Of a DNA stretch of 64,000 nt, positions 35,474 to 49,649 are shown one piece after another. The notes under the pieces are model-generated. The model had not been told where the DNA came from, made no database searches, and was given only the letters and a program-made list of their open reading frames with translations. The position numbers and the translations under genes are program-made. The stretch comes from Chrysomallon squamiferum (Eukaryota; Animalia; Mollusca): the NCBI GenBank assembly GCA_012295275.1, contig CM022671.1, positions 23,498,001 through 23,562,000 of the forward strand, given 5' to 3'. How positions within the stretch are numbered: position 1 is the first letter of the stretch; every line of letters starts with the position of its first letter.

Positions 35474-36481
35474 ATGGCAGAAGAAGAAGATCAGGAAACC
35501 TGGGGTTTAGCTGATTCTAAAGAATATGTGTCACTTGAACAAAATTTGGAAAAAGATAATGTCGAAGCTAATGGAGCAAGCGACGAAGCCGAACAAGAAA
35601 AAGCAGGTGAAAAGGAATTAATATTTGTGAAAGACGACACGCCACGAATAGGGCATGACCCACCTGCGGATACTGCAGAGGCAGTAGTTTCCGAGGATCA
35701 GATATGGGGATTACCTGGAAAAGATGACATCGACAATACCAGTGACACCTTAGAAATCGGCACAGAAGAAGTTCCGAAGGAGAGTGATTCAGAACAAATA
35801 TGGGGATTACCAGATAAAGACGACATTGACAACACCAGCGACACCTTAGAAGGCGATCCTGAAGGTGAAGATGGAGCAGGACAGCAGGTTGATGCCGAAG
35901 CAGAGGTGACTAATGATGATGATAAGTCTGAAAAAGTTCAAGGTAGTAGTACGATGGAAGAACAAGGGGATGCAGAAACAGAAGTCACTAAAGGTGGTGA
36001 GGATGATGACCAAACTGCTGCTAATGACGGTACTGCTCCAGAAGCAGCTGAAAAAGACGTTGATATCACAGCTGCTCCAGAAACTACAGAAAATACCATT
36101 GAGGAAAGTACTGGTCCAGAAGTTACAAAATCCTCTTCACAAACTGCTGAACTTCAGGAAGGTGGCGAAGAAGGTGAAGGTGGCGAAGAAGGTGAACCTG
36201 CCAAAACAGAATCTCAGGAAACCATAGAAGGATTGGAAAAGGGAGATCCCCATCATGTGATGGAAGAGGAGCTTGAACAACTGGCTGAAATGGACAAAGA
36301 AACAGAAGGAAAGCCTGAAGGAGAAGAACAAAGTGATTTGTTAAGAACTCCTTCTGGACCTTCTGATGTGTTCCAGAAAATTCCAGAACCACCACGTATT
36401 CCATCAGCTGAAAAGAGTGCCTCATCAGTTGGCGGGTCCATGTCATCATCAGCATTGGTGATTTTTGACCAATATTTTATT

Positions 36482-36548
<67 letters not shown>

Positions 36549-36601
36549 GCTGGAGCATTATAGTAAATGTCTATTTTATCTCTTTTTTTCAATTTATTAT
36601 G

Positions 36602-36636
<35 letters not shown>

Positions 36637-39600
36637 CTGGAGCATTTATACTAAATGCCTATTTTATCTTTATTTTTTCACTTTATTATTATTATTATTA
36701 TTATTTGTTTTTTTATTTTTTGTTTTTTATTTTCTTTTCATAATTATTTTTTTAAATTTATATTTTCTTTTTAATATAAGTGCTGTTTTATAAAAGCTAC
36801 ATTTCATTCTGAAATCAATTTTTAATATGTTAATGTCTGTCAGAAACTGTAATATTAATGTTTATTTATTTCTGTTTCAGAATATTGTCTGGTCTTTTGG
36901 TTTGAATCGTAATGTTCCAGTTTTGAATTTAACTGATGGAGTGAGGAAGGTTATTATGTATGTTTGTGCCCATGTTGGGGTTTTATATGACTTTCATAAC
37001 AACCGTCAACATATTCTTCAGGGACATGTAAGTTTTTACTTACCTGATTATCTACAACAGTTGTTAAATGGTGTAAAAAGAAAAATTACTTTCTAATCAG
37101 TGTTAATAATTAAATATTTTATTGTTCATAAGACAGTAATGCAATTTTTAACATTTTACAGCTAAAATGTATATACACATGTATGTGTGTCTCTGTTTAT
37201 ATAGTTGTTTGAATGCATTTGTATTTGAAAAATACATGTAACTAAAATACTAATTGATTTTAAAGATTTTGTTTCACAAAATGGATAATCTACATTGCCT
37301 TTTAATTTGTTTAGGCCAATCCTATTACATGTATTTGTGTGAGTGAAGACAAGAGATGGCTGGTGACAGGTGACAAAGGACCTGATGCCATGGTCATATT
37401 CTGGGACACCTACACAGGGTATAATGTTTTAACTTTTGTAAATATTTTGCTCTTCAAAATAAACTGATAATAGAAAATAGTTTTCAAATCCTTGTGAAGT
37501 TTCACAGTATCAGGGCCACATTTAATTATAACTTAGTGTTTATGGCCTCACAGTCTGAATTTCAGTTTTATATTTACCTCAACTAAATTATTTTTACATG
37601 TTTATTTTTTTGAATATATTTAGCTCGGCTGATAATTTCAATAGATTTTTGAAACATACTAACTACTTAAACATGTAATTTCATGGTAGACTATTTAGGT
37701 TTTTTTTTAATTATTATTATTATTTATATTTTTTATTTTTTTTATTATTTTGTTTTTATTGTTTATATATACTTTTTAAATTTTTTTTTTTAATTATATA
37801 TATATTTTTTTTTAATTATTATTTTTTTGTTGTTGTTGTTGTAGAATCCCCATTCAGACTCTGTTTGATTCTGGTCCTGATGGAGGAGTTGTTGCTATTG
37901 CTCTGTCTCCTGATGCTCGATACTTTGTCACTCTCAGTGCCCAAAGACAACAGGTCAGTTACTAAACAATCACCTCCACTACTTTATATTGCTTTGTTAC
38001 TTTACTCTAAGAATTTGATAAACATGAAAAATCTAGCAATTTTGTTTGCAATAATACAGAACTGGCAAAAGTAAAGAAATAAACAAATTTATTGTTCTTC
38101 TTTCTTTTGCTTAGAATGAATCTCATTTGTTTATTGTATTACTCAATTATTTGATAACCTATTTTATCAATTAGAAAAATATACCCAGTTAATCTGTATT
38201 TAATAATATTTCATATATACATTTAATTTAAACAATGACTGAATTACATTTCAGACACTTTCAGTCTGGGACTGGACAATAGATGGAGAGACACCTTTGT
38301 GCACAGCCATCTTGGACCCCAAGTTTGGTGTACAGCAACACGTAGTTTTTAACCCAGAAGATATTCATTACCTCATCAGCAACAGCGAGTCGCAGTGCAT
38401 ATTCTATCACTGGGTAACACAACATAGCAATATATTCTATTCTTTGAAATATGATTAACAAGTATATTATTGTAAGTCTTTAATTTGATCTATAATCTCC
38501 AGTAATTAATTTTATTCCCTGACATCCCAAAGTTAACATTTTTGTAAAATGTGCTATCTCATGCTACGAACATTGTCTATCATAAATTAATATTTCATTA
38601 TTAGAGTGTTAACTTGAGAACTTTAAAAAAACTATTTGAGAAAAAAAGGATTTATACTGATACAGATTAGGTAACTGCAATAAAAACTGATCAGGGATTT
38701 TTTGATATTTAATTGTGCTACATTGGTGTTGAATATAATTTTCAAGATAAAATTAATTGTATTGTAATGGCAAAATACTGGTTGTGTAAACAGCTGGAAA
38801 TGAGGGTTTCAGGTACATCCACATAGTTCTTTGCATGATAAGATAAATATTTTTACTTCCATCTACTTATTGACAATATATAATTATTATTTATTTACAC
38901 ACTGGAGGGACAGGGTGTTTTTTTTAAAATTATTTTATATATTAATTTAAAAAAATATATATATATTCTTTCAACAGGAAGATAAAAGCATGAATTACTT
39001 CACTCCTCCTCTAACTGATGAAGATTTTAACAAACCTGTGGGACGATACAGTCAGTCTATCTTTCTGTCGAGGAAATCCAGAGCTCTTACAGCAACCTCT
39101 ATAGGAAATCTTGTTGTCTGGGAAAACTATAAACCTCTCCATAAAAGTATAGTCTTTTTATTTTTTTAATTTTTTTTTGTTTGAATCTATCATAGTTTTT
39201 ATTTCCGTATTTATATCAATACAACTGTTAAGTGTGTGAGATTCTTGATAAAAACTAATTATATAGTAATCAGTTTTGAAATTTATATCATATTCTCATC
39301 AGTTATAAACCTAAATGTACAGGATGAGTCAAAAGTAGCACATAGTTTCTGCATTGATCACGAGGGATGGCACTCTGAAAACTGCAAGCAAAACACCTTG
39401 TGTAATAATTTTTTCTTGAATAAATGGTTAGGTAAATATGTCACTTATTTAAGTATACCTTCTTGTACACTGTAATAAAAATAATCAACTGGTAGAAGTC
39501 AGGTGCTACTTCTGAATCACCCTCTCTGCAGGGTCACCAGTGTTTAGGATTACATCTTTTATTTGTAATTATTGTTGTATAAACAGAACTGTGTTAATCA

Positions 39601-40783
39601 GTTCACATGCGTTGTATTCTCAAACTATCAGCGATTTTCGTTTTTTGTTTATAAAAAGACATTGTGATCAGAAGGAAATTATCAACCACTACACTCCATC
39701 ACAACTTGTTTATTTTATTGTGATACCTTATTATTAATCAAGACTTGGTCACTAATAATAAAAATAATAATTTATAAATTTAAAGAATATACTTTAAATA
39801 AATTAAAAGTGTATTTTACTCCATGTTGCTTTTGTAATTAATTAGACTGCAATAAGTGTAATCTTAAAATAATTTATCCTTTCTCACTGATGCTGTGTTG
39901 ATGTAGTAAAATTTCTAAATTGATTGATATAATAATATAATTATTATATATAGCAAAGTATATATAGATATGTAAAAATAAATGCAGTAGTATTCAGTAG
40001 TACTATAAATAACTTTTATATTTGTATTACATATCATAACAGTTGATATGTGCTATCATTTTCACTGATAAATTAAGTTAATTATAATTTATTTTTGTAA
40101 TCATTTCAAAAGGTTCAGCTCAGATACTTGAACCGGCAGACAAAAAAGCTCTGAAAATTGTGAGGCTACAAGAAAGAGCCATCAATGTTCTTACAACCAC
40201 CGACAAGTAAGCACAAGGATTTGTTTAACATATATCGATGCCAAGTAATGCTTTCAAGTATACAAAGTGTTTTTAGTATTTCTACTTATAATCTGTCTTG
40301 TTTCACAGTAGAAATCTAGAATAAACATTTTGACCACACAAATTTACTTGATTTTTCTGAGTTTTGCAGTATTTTTCCATTTTACAACCAGCAGTTCACA
40401 GGCTGAAATTGCTTATTACAGAAACCATAAAGAAATTTATTGTTTATCTTTCTCTGTTATGTTCTAAGATAAAGCTGAACACATTGAAGTCTTATTGTTG
40501 ACAGGACGATAAACAGCAATTAATGTGGCAAATTCTTTTACACTATGCTAAATTATAAATAAAACAGGAGAGAATATTGTTTTTAAAGTTAGGTAGAATA
40601 TTAATGTATTCTTGCTGTAAATTGTTTATAGTGATAAAGGTGTACTAATTATATAAATGTACATGTTAAGCTCCAAAAGTTATAGCTCCAAAAGTATTTA
40701 TTAATCAAAATGCAGTTGGTTTTTCTCTTAATCTATTTATTTTATTATATTATTATTATTATATTATTTTAATTATTGTTATG

Positions 40784-40814
<31 letters not shown>

Positions 40815-43800
40815 TATATTGTTTTTATTTATTTTATTTTTGATTATTATTATTATTTTATTTAAAAAACATTTTTTATAATTTATTTATTTTTCAGCTA
40901 CATTGTGGCTGGTGATATAGAAGGACAAGTGAAATTTTATGATCAGAAACTGAAACTGATGTACAGGTTAGTATTGTTTTGTATTTATTACTGTTAACAT
41001 TTTATTTATCATTGTTATTATCATTAATATTAGTAGTAGTAGTAGTTGTAATTGTAGTATGAATAGAAAATTGCAGGAAAATTTCAGAAACACCTTTTTT
41101 AATTTATTTATTTAAAAAAGATAATTAATGTTAAAATATATTTAGATATATGTAGTTACATACTGTTGTATTTATCTCAAGTACTGAGAGGTAAAAAAAT
41201 TACTATGCTGAGAAGAGCAGAAGCAGTGGAACTTACCAGCACTTATAAAAATTTAAATATGGACCATTTCAATTATTGGATATATTTAAAAAGTAGTTAA
41301 TATTTTTGATTAAAATAATTTTGTAGCACCAGTATATCGTCACTCACTGTTTTTTTGTTGTTGTTTAAAAAAAAAAAAATAATTTAACACCAGAACTTAC
41401 ATAAGTAATTATTACATGCAAAAGTAGTATATTTTTCATGCTAATAAGCATTTTCATCTGAATAAATTATCTGACTGTTGAACTGATGAAGAATTTTATT
41501 TTACCATTACAGTTACCAAGATTTACACCTGGGGCCAGTGACAGCAATTTCATTTGCATACAATCCAGAATTCCGACCAGTGTAATTTTATAGCTTTCAT
41601 TGTGCATTGGCATTTTATTTTATTTTTTATTTTTTTTTTTTTTGACATTGTTTTATCTTCTATTTCTTTTCTTTCTGTAATGATTTTATTAATATTAAAA
41701 TTACTAGGCCAGCACTATTATACACACTGTATATATTTCTTATTCAAAATTAAATTCAAATGTTACCTTAAAATTAATCCAATTTTGTATAATGTATGTG
41801 AATATCAAGCAGATTTTAATTTTTTAATTTTTAAAAATATATTTCTTTTAATATTAATTTGTATAATTAAGTTAACTTTTTATTTCTTAAATATTAATTA
41901 TTAAAATATTAAATCCATACTGTGTAATACCTTTTTTATTTTTATTTTTATTTTTATTTTGTGTAGTGATCAGTAGAATTACAAGTTTTTTTATTAACTA
42001 ATACATATCTAACTTAAATTAAAATTAATTATAATAATTATGGTATTTTATTCATTATGATGTGAGTAAGGATTATGTTATGCTGAGTGTTTATATGTAC
42101 ACATTTACATATATACTTATTACGACAGTGTGAGAGAGGACTCCAACTACCCATCAGATGCCAGTATAGCAGGAAAGGAATTCATTGTTAGAGATTTTGT
42201 GGTGGGGAGCAGTATTGCTGTGTTTGGCAATATTACTGTGGATAGCAGTAAAGTTGAGGTACTTAGTATTTGTGTATCAATATATCTGACTATCTGTATC
42301 TTTCTGTCTGTCTGTGTCTGTGTAATTTTTTTCTGGCTGTATGTTTTTATGTCTCTTTCCCTCAATCCCTACTTCTCTACCACTCTCTGTTTCTCTCTTT
42401 TTCTCACTCCCTCTGTCCAGTTCTTTTTTTTTTTCTTATTTCAGTTACTTTTTGAATTTTAAATTTATTTTCTTATTGTAGATTATACACCGAGAGCATG
42501 ATGCCTCAGTCCATGCCCTGTGTGCTCACCCTAACAGGTGAGTTATTATCACACATCTATTATTCCTGTTGTATATTCAGTATAAACAGACACAAAAGTC
42601 TTTAAAAAGTGACTGTAGAATATTTACAGAAATCTTAAAAAAAAAGGAGCTGTTATTCAAATTTCATTAAAAATGGCTGTAATAGATATTATTCTTCTTT
42701 AATCTTTTTGAACTTTTTTTTTTTTTGTTTTGTAATTTTATATATCAGTTTCAAACAGAAATATTTCAAATTGTATTTCTTTTGTATAAAATTTCTTTGT
42801 GATTTCATAACTGAATAATCATCATATGACACTGAATTAGACCATGCCATGATAATGCTTTAAAGTATTTAACTATACTACTGAACAAATTAATTGTTTT
42901 TATTATTTTTCTTTTATTGCAGACCATACATTGTGATTGGAAGTTATTCTGGAATACTCAAAGTCTGGGATTACGAGAAAAAGTAAGATTATTGTGAATT
43001 GTCTACCATTTTTTCTTTCAAACAAATATTGGGCTCTTAATTAACACTGAACATGCAGGAGTTTGGTACCGTTAACACTGGGGTTTTTACATGTGTCCCT
43101 GATGCTTTCAGAACAATTTATTTAATGATTTTGTAACACTTGTAAAAAAATAATAATAATATTTATTTTTAGCCTAATCGTTAAAATATTTATAAAGAAA
43201 ATAAAAAAAAGAAGAAAGAAGATAAGAAAACAAAAATTTGTATTTATTTTATTTTATATTTTTTAAACATTATTTAACATAAAATATCTACATGACTTTA
43301 TTTGTAGGGAGGCTGTTGTTTCAAGAAGTCTTGAGAGAGGAAACCTGATTCGAACCTGCACTTATGATCATAAAGGAGAATACATAGGTAAAAAATAAAA
43401 TGTATTTAACAGTTTTCTTTTTTACCAGATATATTTCAGTGATTATGAACTGGTCAAACTAAGCACTGTTTTAATTATTATGATAGAAATGATTTAAGTC
43501 TTGACTGTCAAATGGTTTTGTTGTTGTGTGTTTGTTGTTATTGTTGTTGTTGTCCCACTAATTGTCTTGTGGATTGTTTTCATTGTTTTTAGCTGCAGTT
43601 ACAGAAACAAAACTGTTAATCTTCCCAAAAGTTACATATTCATCAATTTTTTCTCTCAGTTCTATTTTTTTTCATTTAATATAAAATTAATTATATAATA
43701 ATAATAACAACAAGAACAACAGTAATAAAAACCACAACAACCAAATGCTATTATATTCAGCTTAACATACCTGCATAAAAATATTTTTTTTTAAATCCTG

Positions 43801-46800
43801 AAGAAATAAAAAGAATCACTATGATATCTCAGTAAACTTTATTTCTTACCAATGTTATTTTTCAGCTGTTGGTTTCACCAATGGTTCTATCCGAATAGTG
43901 GACTCCATATCACTGCTTGATGAGCTGGATGAGCCATACCACTATGCCCGAGATGCCATCACACACATCATCTTCTCACATGACTGCCAGTACATGGCTG
44001 CAGTGGTATGTTATCTGTGTCCTTCTGTATTGATGGCCTTTTCTGCTTAAATTTTTAATATATTTTTGCACAATTAAATGTATCTTTTCATGAAATTCAG
44101 AAATGATTAAATGCATTACTTTTATATTTTTATTTATTTATTTATTTATTTTATTATTATTTTTTTTTTTTTTTTGATCATCATTGTCTTGTTTGTTTCT
44201 GGCAATCAAACTGTGTTAATTAAAAAAAAGTACTTTAAATTATAAACTTGTAAGGATACATGGAATTCATGTTTTTTTTTTAGTTTATCATGGTATCCTT
44301 TCATACCATTGTATTTAGGAATGGAATTATATTTCTGGTGGCATTTTAAGAATGTTCTTCTGTTGATACTTATTTTTACATTCATAAGCCATAAACCTAA
44401 ATAATAGCAAATGCAGATTTTTAATGTCATTATGAAAAATGCAATTGTGGTACTTGACAACAATAAGACAAGATTATATACAACATAGAATGTCATAACA
44501 TGAACTGAATGGATTGACTCTTCATTCTTATCCAATGTCTTGATTATGAAGAAAATCTGATGGGCACGAATAAATAAACCAGCTGCATAATATGTTTTTA
44601 ATTTTAAAATTTTATTCTATTTCAAGGATGCAGAATATACTTTGACCCTATTCAAGAAGAAAACAAAAGGTATGCAGCACTTCTCATACATTGGACGATA
44701 CAGAGCACATTACAAGCCAATCAGAGACATTGTGTTTGGTGTCCATCTTGATACTGAAAGCATACGTCTAATCACTCTGGGAGAAGACAGAGTCATGGTA
44801 AACACGCATTTTACATTTTTCCTTATATAAATAAATATTACTTTAAAAATTTTGGATTTTAGTGCTGATTTATTTAAAGTTTCCAGGATCATAAATATAT
44901 AAAAATCCCATTTCTGGTATATTAACAGATTTCCTCATTTTTAATTTGATGTGTGTGGGTGTGGGTGTGGGTGTGTGTGTGAGTGTGCATGTGTAGATTA
45001 TTGGAACCGTATTTTCTATAATTTGTTTTTTATTTTTATTAATTGTATTTAATTTCAAATTGTTCCTTATTTCTTTTTCACACCCCAGTAAATTTAATTA
45101 TTGTTATTATTGCTGCTGCTGTTATATTTTACAAGATTAAATATCACAAGTCTTTGAATTACTGTCAAGCTATGTACTGAAACAGATTTTTGTGATAAAG
45201 AGACCTTGTGAATTACAGTAATTGTTTTGCCAGAAAAGCTTGCTTTATTGAGATAATGATTTAAGTTAAGGCATTTGATTTTCAGGTGGAGTATGATTTG
45301 GAGAACAGTAATAGTGAAGAAGGTTTGAAGATTGCCAGTTCAGATCGCATAGAACAAAGTGCAGGGCCAACTTGCATGGCATGGTACCCTGCAGTTACAA
45401 AAGAACATTTCATTCTAATAGCTAATGATCAGGTTTGTTCATTCAAGAGACTGAGCAATGGAAATGTTTATCTCTTTTTTATCACTAAATAAGTTATTAC
45501 CAGTAGTTCAATATTTTTTTAATTGTCTAATTTTATTTTATTTTTTTTTTTTTTTAAATAGTTCTTTGATGAATTTGATATACATTATCTCCATATTTTC
45601 ATTTTTTGGTAATATTTTCTGTAAGTTTCAAGTATATCAAGTCTTGTGTAACAACTAAATGTTATTTATATTATTATTATTATTGCACAAGTTTTTTAGT
45701 TTTTTGTTTTCTTTTTTAAACAGTTTTACATAATTATTATTTTTTTTTTTTTTTACATTTGTTTTACACTTTTTAAAAATTTTATTTAATAAAAAAAAAT
45801 ACACAGTCATTATTTAACAAATATTTTATCCATTTTTCTTTTACAGTACAAGTTCAAGTTATTCAATGCAACCACAAAGATGTGTAGGAAAACTCTGCTT
45901 GGTCCAACTTATGGTTCACCAGTTCAAAAGTAAGAAACAAAGACAGGAAATTTCTGAAAATTACTGATTGCTACAAAATTATTAGCACAAATTTATAACA
46001 TATGGGAGTTAATGTTTAATACAGACAGTTTAGTCATGCATATTTTGTATATAACATCAACAACAGTCAGTTAAAGTTACAGTTTTTTGAATATGTGTCA
46101 AGCAAACAGCAATTTATTTCTTTATTTTTATTTTTATTTTTATTTTTATTTTTATTTTTTATTTTTATTTTTATTTTTATTTTTATTTTTATTTTTATTT
46201 TTTTTATTCTATTTTAATTCTATTTTAATTCTATTTCTATTTAATTTAATTTAAAATTTCAGAATGCAAATGATTCCTGCAGTAAGTGGAAAGGTCTGTC
46301 GCTACATGGCATACATCACAGAGGACAAAGTTGGAATGCACATTCTGCCTCTAGACGGCAATCCACACAACTCCATGGCTCTTATTGCACATCCCAGTGG
46401 GGTTTGTATTTTTAAACATTTCTAATTCTTTATCTGAAATAAATAACACAAAATTCATTTGAAAAGAATACCATAGAAATATTAATTTTTAATTTCAGGT
46501 TGTTGATAAAAGAATAATAATTGTGTTCACAAAGAATATTTAAAATTAGTTGTTAATAATAACAGTTATAATATTAATGATTTCAATGAATACATTTTAT
46601 TTTACTTTGGGGTTTTATCAGTTTTGATTTTGGATATGATTTAACCTTATTTATGTCAAATTAATTATTTTTCAGTCTAAAACCAATTCCAGCATGTTTT
46701 ATGTTTTTAAAATAGAAGAAGTTTATATACTGGTTTAGTATTGTATGTTAATAATTCTGTAGATTTGAACTCTGTATCTAGAATCCTCACAGTGTTTTTT

Positions 46801-49649
46801 TTTTTATTGCAGGTTGCAAACATGGCCTGTAGCTACGATGCCAAATACATTTTTACAGCTGGTGGAGCTGATGCCAGTGTTCACATGTGGGAAATTAACA
46901 CAAAGTATGCTAATAGATGTTTTTATTGTAGCATATTTGTATTTGTTTAATAAGTGCCGAAAGTAAATACATAACAGGGCATATAGATTTTTTTGTAAAT
47001 TAATAATAATGTTATGGCTTTATTGAATTATTTAATATCATCAATTAAAATTGTAAAAATCTAAACCATCTTAATCATCAGTGCAGTAGATTCACACCTC
47101 TAGTCAAATTTCAATTTTTTTTTTGTATGTAATATCTTTAAAACTTTGTCTTTCAGTGCGTTAGAAGCCCAGTCCAAACTGGGAGGAGAAGACCTGATTC
47201 CATTTTATGGCTTGCTGGATGGTGGTCGTAATGGAGAGCTGTTTGCTGAGCTTGAAGATTACTTTTACTATGCTCAACTTAGAACGTAAGTTATTTTCAG
47301 ATTCATATTACAGCTAAAATGTTTTAATGAATTAATTTAAAATTCATTTCTTTAAAAAATAGGTATAATATTGTGTTTCTTTTATATTAGTAACAAAACA
47401 GATCTCAACACTTTAATGTTAACTACTGTTACTACTGGTGTGTTTTATCTGTGTTTTCTTTATAATATTGGTCATATATAAAAGGGATTTTATTGATATT
47501 ACTAATGTGGGCTAATTTTGTCAGTTAACAACAAAGAATTTTGTTGCATACACCTTCCCATTGACAGGAAAGCATATTCCCAGGCCTTTAGTAAACTAGT
47601 TTGTGATGCAAATCTACCCTCTTACACTGAACATTCAATTATTAACATGATACTGTTCACTTATCACTTGATTTTAAAGATTTTCATTCTCATTTGTCTT
47701 TCTCAGGCAGGGAATAAACACAAAGTCAACACGTCAAGTAACAACAAAGATTCAGCTATCAGAAGTTCCTTTTGTAATGAGAGCCATGGGATTTTACCCT
47801 TCAGAGCAAGAGGTATTTGTTGCATGTTTTGTTCAAGAGAATAATTTCATAATTTTTCTTGTGTGATTTTACTGCATATTCCTAAAAAAAAAAAAATTCT
47901 GTACAATGGGACCCTACAGTTGAATCCAATATTAAGTCACAATACTAACTTTGAAATGGTTACATGTATCCTTATTTAATGACACCAACAAAAAATATGA
48001 ATTTATAAGATTTCTTTTTTTATTTTAAAACATTTCTGAATGAGTCAATTCTGCAATTACAAATATTGAACTTGGCACATTTTTGCAACCCTACAAGCAA
48101 TGGAAAAGGGGAATGGAATGAAAATTAAGCTTAAGACACAAAGAGTGTGAATATCTAAATGTTAAACCCTCAAAATAATATTCGATTCCTGATCCATCAT
48201 GCAGGGTTACATACACAGGAATAAGGAAGTAACAAAGTCTTATGTATAATTCTAATATAAAAATATTTTATTATATTCACATGGTAATAAAGCATTTTTT
48301 TTCTCTCATAGATTGAGGATATGCTGAATGAGGTGAAGTTTAGTGAATATGTAGAAACAGGACAATATGTGGAAAGCATCGACCTTGGTGATTTCATAAA
48401 GTGTGAGTCTGTTTTATTAGTGTGCATACGTCAGTTACTAACTCATTTACTGAAAGTACTATGATATGCACTGTGTTGCACTTCTGTGGAATGGTCAGTC
48501 TATGTGGCCGAGGTGATACAGGTCAAAGGATCAGTGGCCCAGAAACTCATTTTTATTTCTGTCAGTTTTGTTTTAAAAAATTCTTATTTCATTGCTTAAC
48601 ATATATACTATATCTATATGTAACTTAAACATTACCTAGTAAGATATAGACTCAAATTAAACAGTGCATGATCTTTCTGTTGCTTTAATTACATAAATCT
48701 TATAATGTTTTTATTATAGTCCCTTATATTTTTTTCTTATGTATGTTAAATTTTTGGGGTTTATTATATTTCTGATTCAGTGTATGTGAATCATCGACCT
48801 GCATTTGGACTTCCACCAGACAAAATAAAGTGGGCCTTTGAAACATTGGGAATCCCTGATGAAGAAGATGGCATAGCATCAATTGACAGAGGAGAGCTGT
48901 TGGACATTCTACAAAGCAAAGGTTTGTTATTGTTTTTCCTTGGTTTCTTGGTTTAATTTCTTTTTCTTTTTGTTGTCATTCTCATTAATTAAATTCTCAA
49001 AATCGATTTTTACACATTATTTTAAAAAATAATAATAATAAAACAGTATTTAATTATTTGTGTATTTGTATAAGGTTTTTTGAGAAAATGTATGAATGTT
49101 TTTCTGTTTTAGACTACCATGTCAGGATGCTCAGTAAAGCATTAAGGAGATGGTAGATTAAAATATTGTTCATTTCAAACTTAGACTGTTAAACCAAACA
49201 AGGAATAGGTACAAAAACAAACAAATAAATAAATAAATAAATGACACATCCAGAATGAAAAACCAGAAACCTGTTTCAGTTCTGTGAACAGAAAATGGTG
49301 TTGAAAAGTAAAGAAAATGAATCACTCTAGCCAGAAAAGAATTTAAAAATACAACTGTAAATTTTGTTTTAATTAATTTTTATGTTTTGAAGGTGAACAC
49401 ATGACAGAATATGAGCTTGCTGAGTACCTGACAACTTTGCTGGGTTTCAATCCTGAAGGTGGTAGCAGTGAGCTGCAGGAATTTGATGTGGAGAGGGCTG
49501 GGGAAGCAATAGATGAAGGTCTGCCATATTCCATCTCAGCAGACAATTTCGCTAATGAAATCTTAGGATTTTCAATGTATGGTCTGGCTACTTCCAGTGA
49601 AGAAGTTCAGATAAAAGCAGAAAATCAAAATGCGGATGTCACAAATTGA
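35474..49649 (+). CDS. CFAP251: Cilia- and flagella-associated protein 251 (WDR66): acidic N-terminus, WD40 repeats, C-terminal EF-hand-like region; 1241 aa
   Basis: Exons (+): 35474-36457, 36881-37027, 37315-37418, 37845-37953, 38255-38413, 38978-39146, 40113-40206, 40898-40966, 41513-41581, 42129-42258, 42482-42537, 42923-42982, 43308-43387, 43866-44005, 44627-44797, 45286-45432, 45847-45929, 46263-46401, 46813-46904, 47157-47285, 47707-47812, 48312-48402, 48781-48921, 49393-49649; 3726 nt in frame. Family motifs include [71 protein letters not shown] and [11 protein letters not shown]. Confidence 0.95.
36490..36680 (+). repeat. Tandem duplication in CFAP251 intron 1
   Basis: Two copies of (ATT)n-C(G/A)CTGGAGCATT...TAAATG(T/C)CTATTTTATCT. 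Confidence 0.75.
39320..39524. mobile_element. Degenerate Tc1/mariner-type MITE in CFAP251 intron 6
   Basis: Imperfect ~22-bp terminal inverted repeats: left CAGGATGAGTCAAAAGTAGCAC, preceded by TA; the right arm reads GAGGGTGATTCAGAAGTAGCAC on the reverse strand. No coding capacity. Confidence 0.55.
46123..46205 (+). repeat. (ATTTTT)n hexamer repeat upstream of CFAP251 exon 18 acceptor
   Basis: Direct reading. Confidence 0.9.

Noticed and set aside
36458-36793. Hydrophobic C-terminal tail of the 444-aa ORF suggesting a membrane protein
   Set aside because: It is read-through into CFAP251 intron 1 (ATT repeats); the donor at 36457 splices in frame to exon 2.
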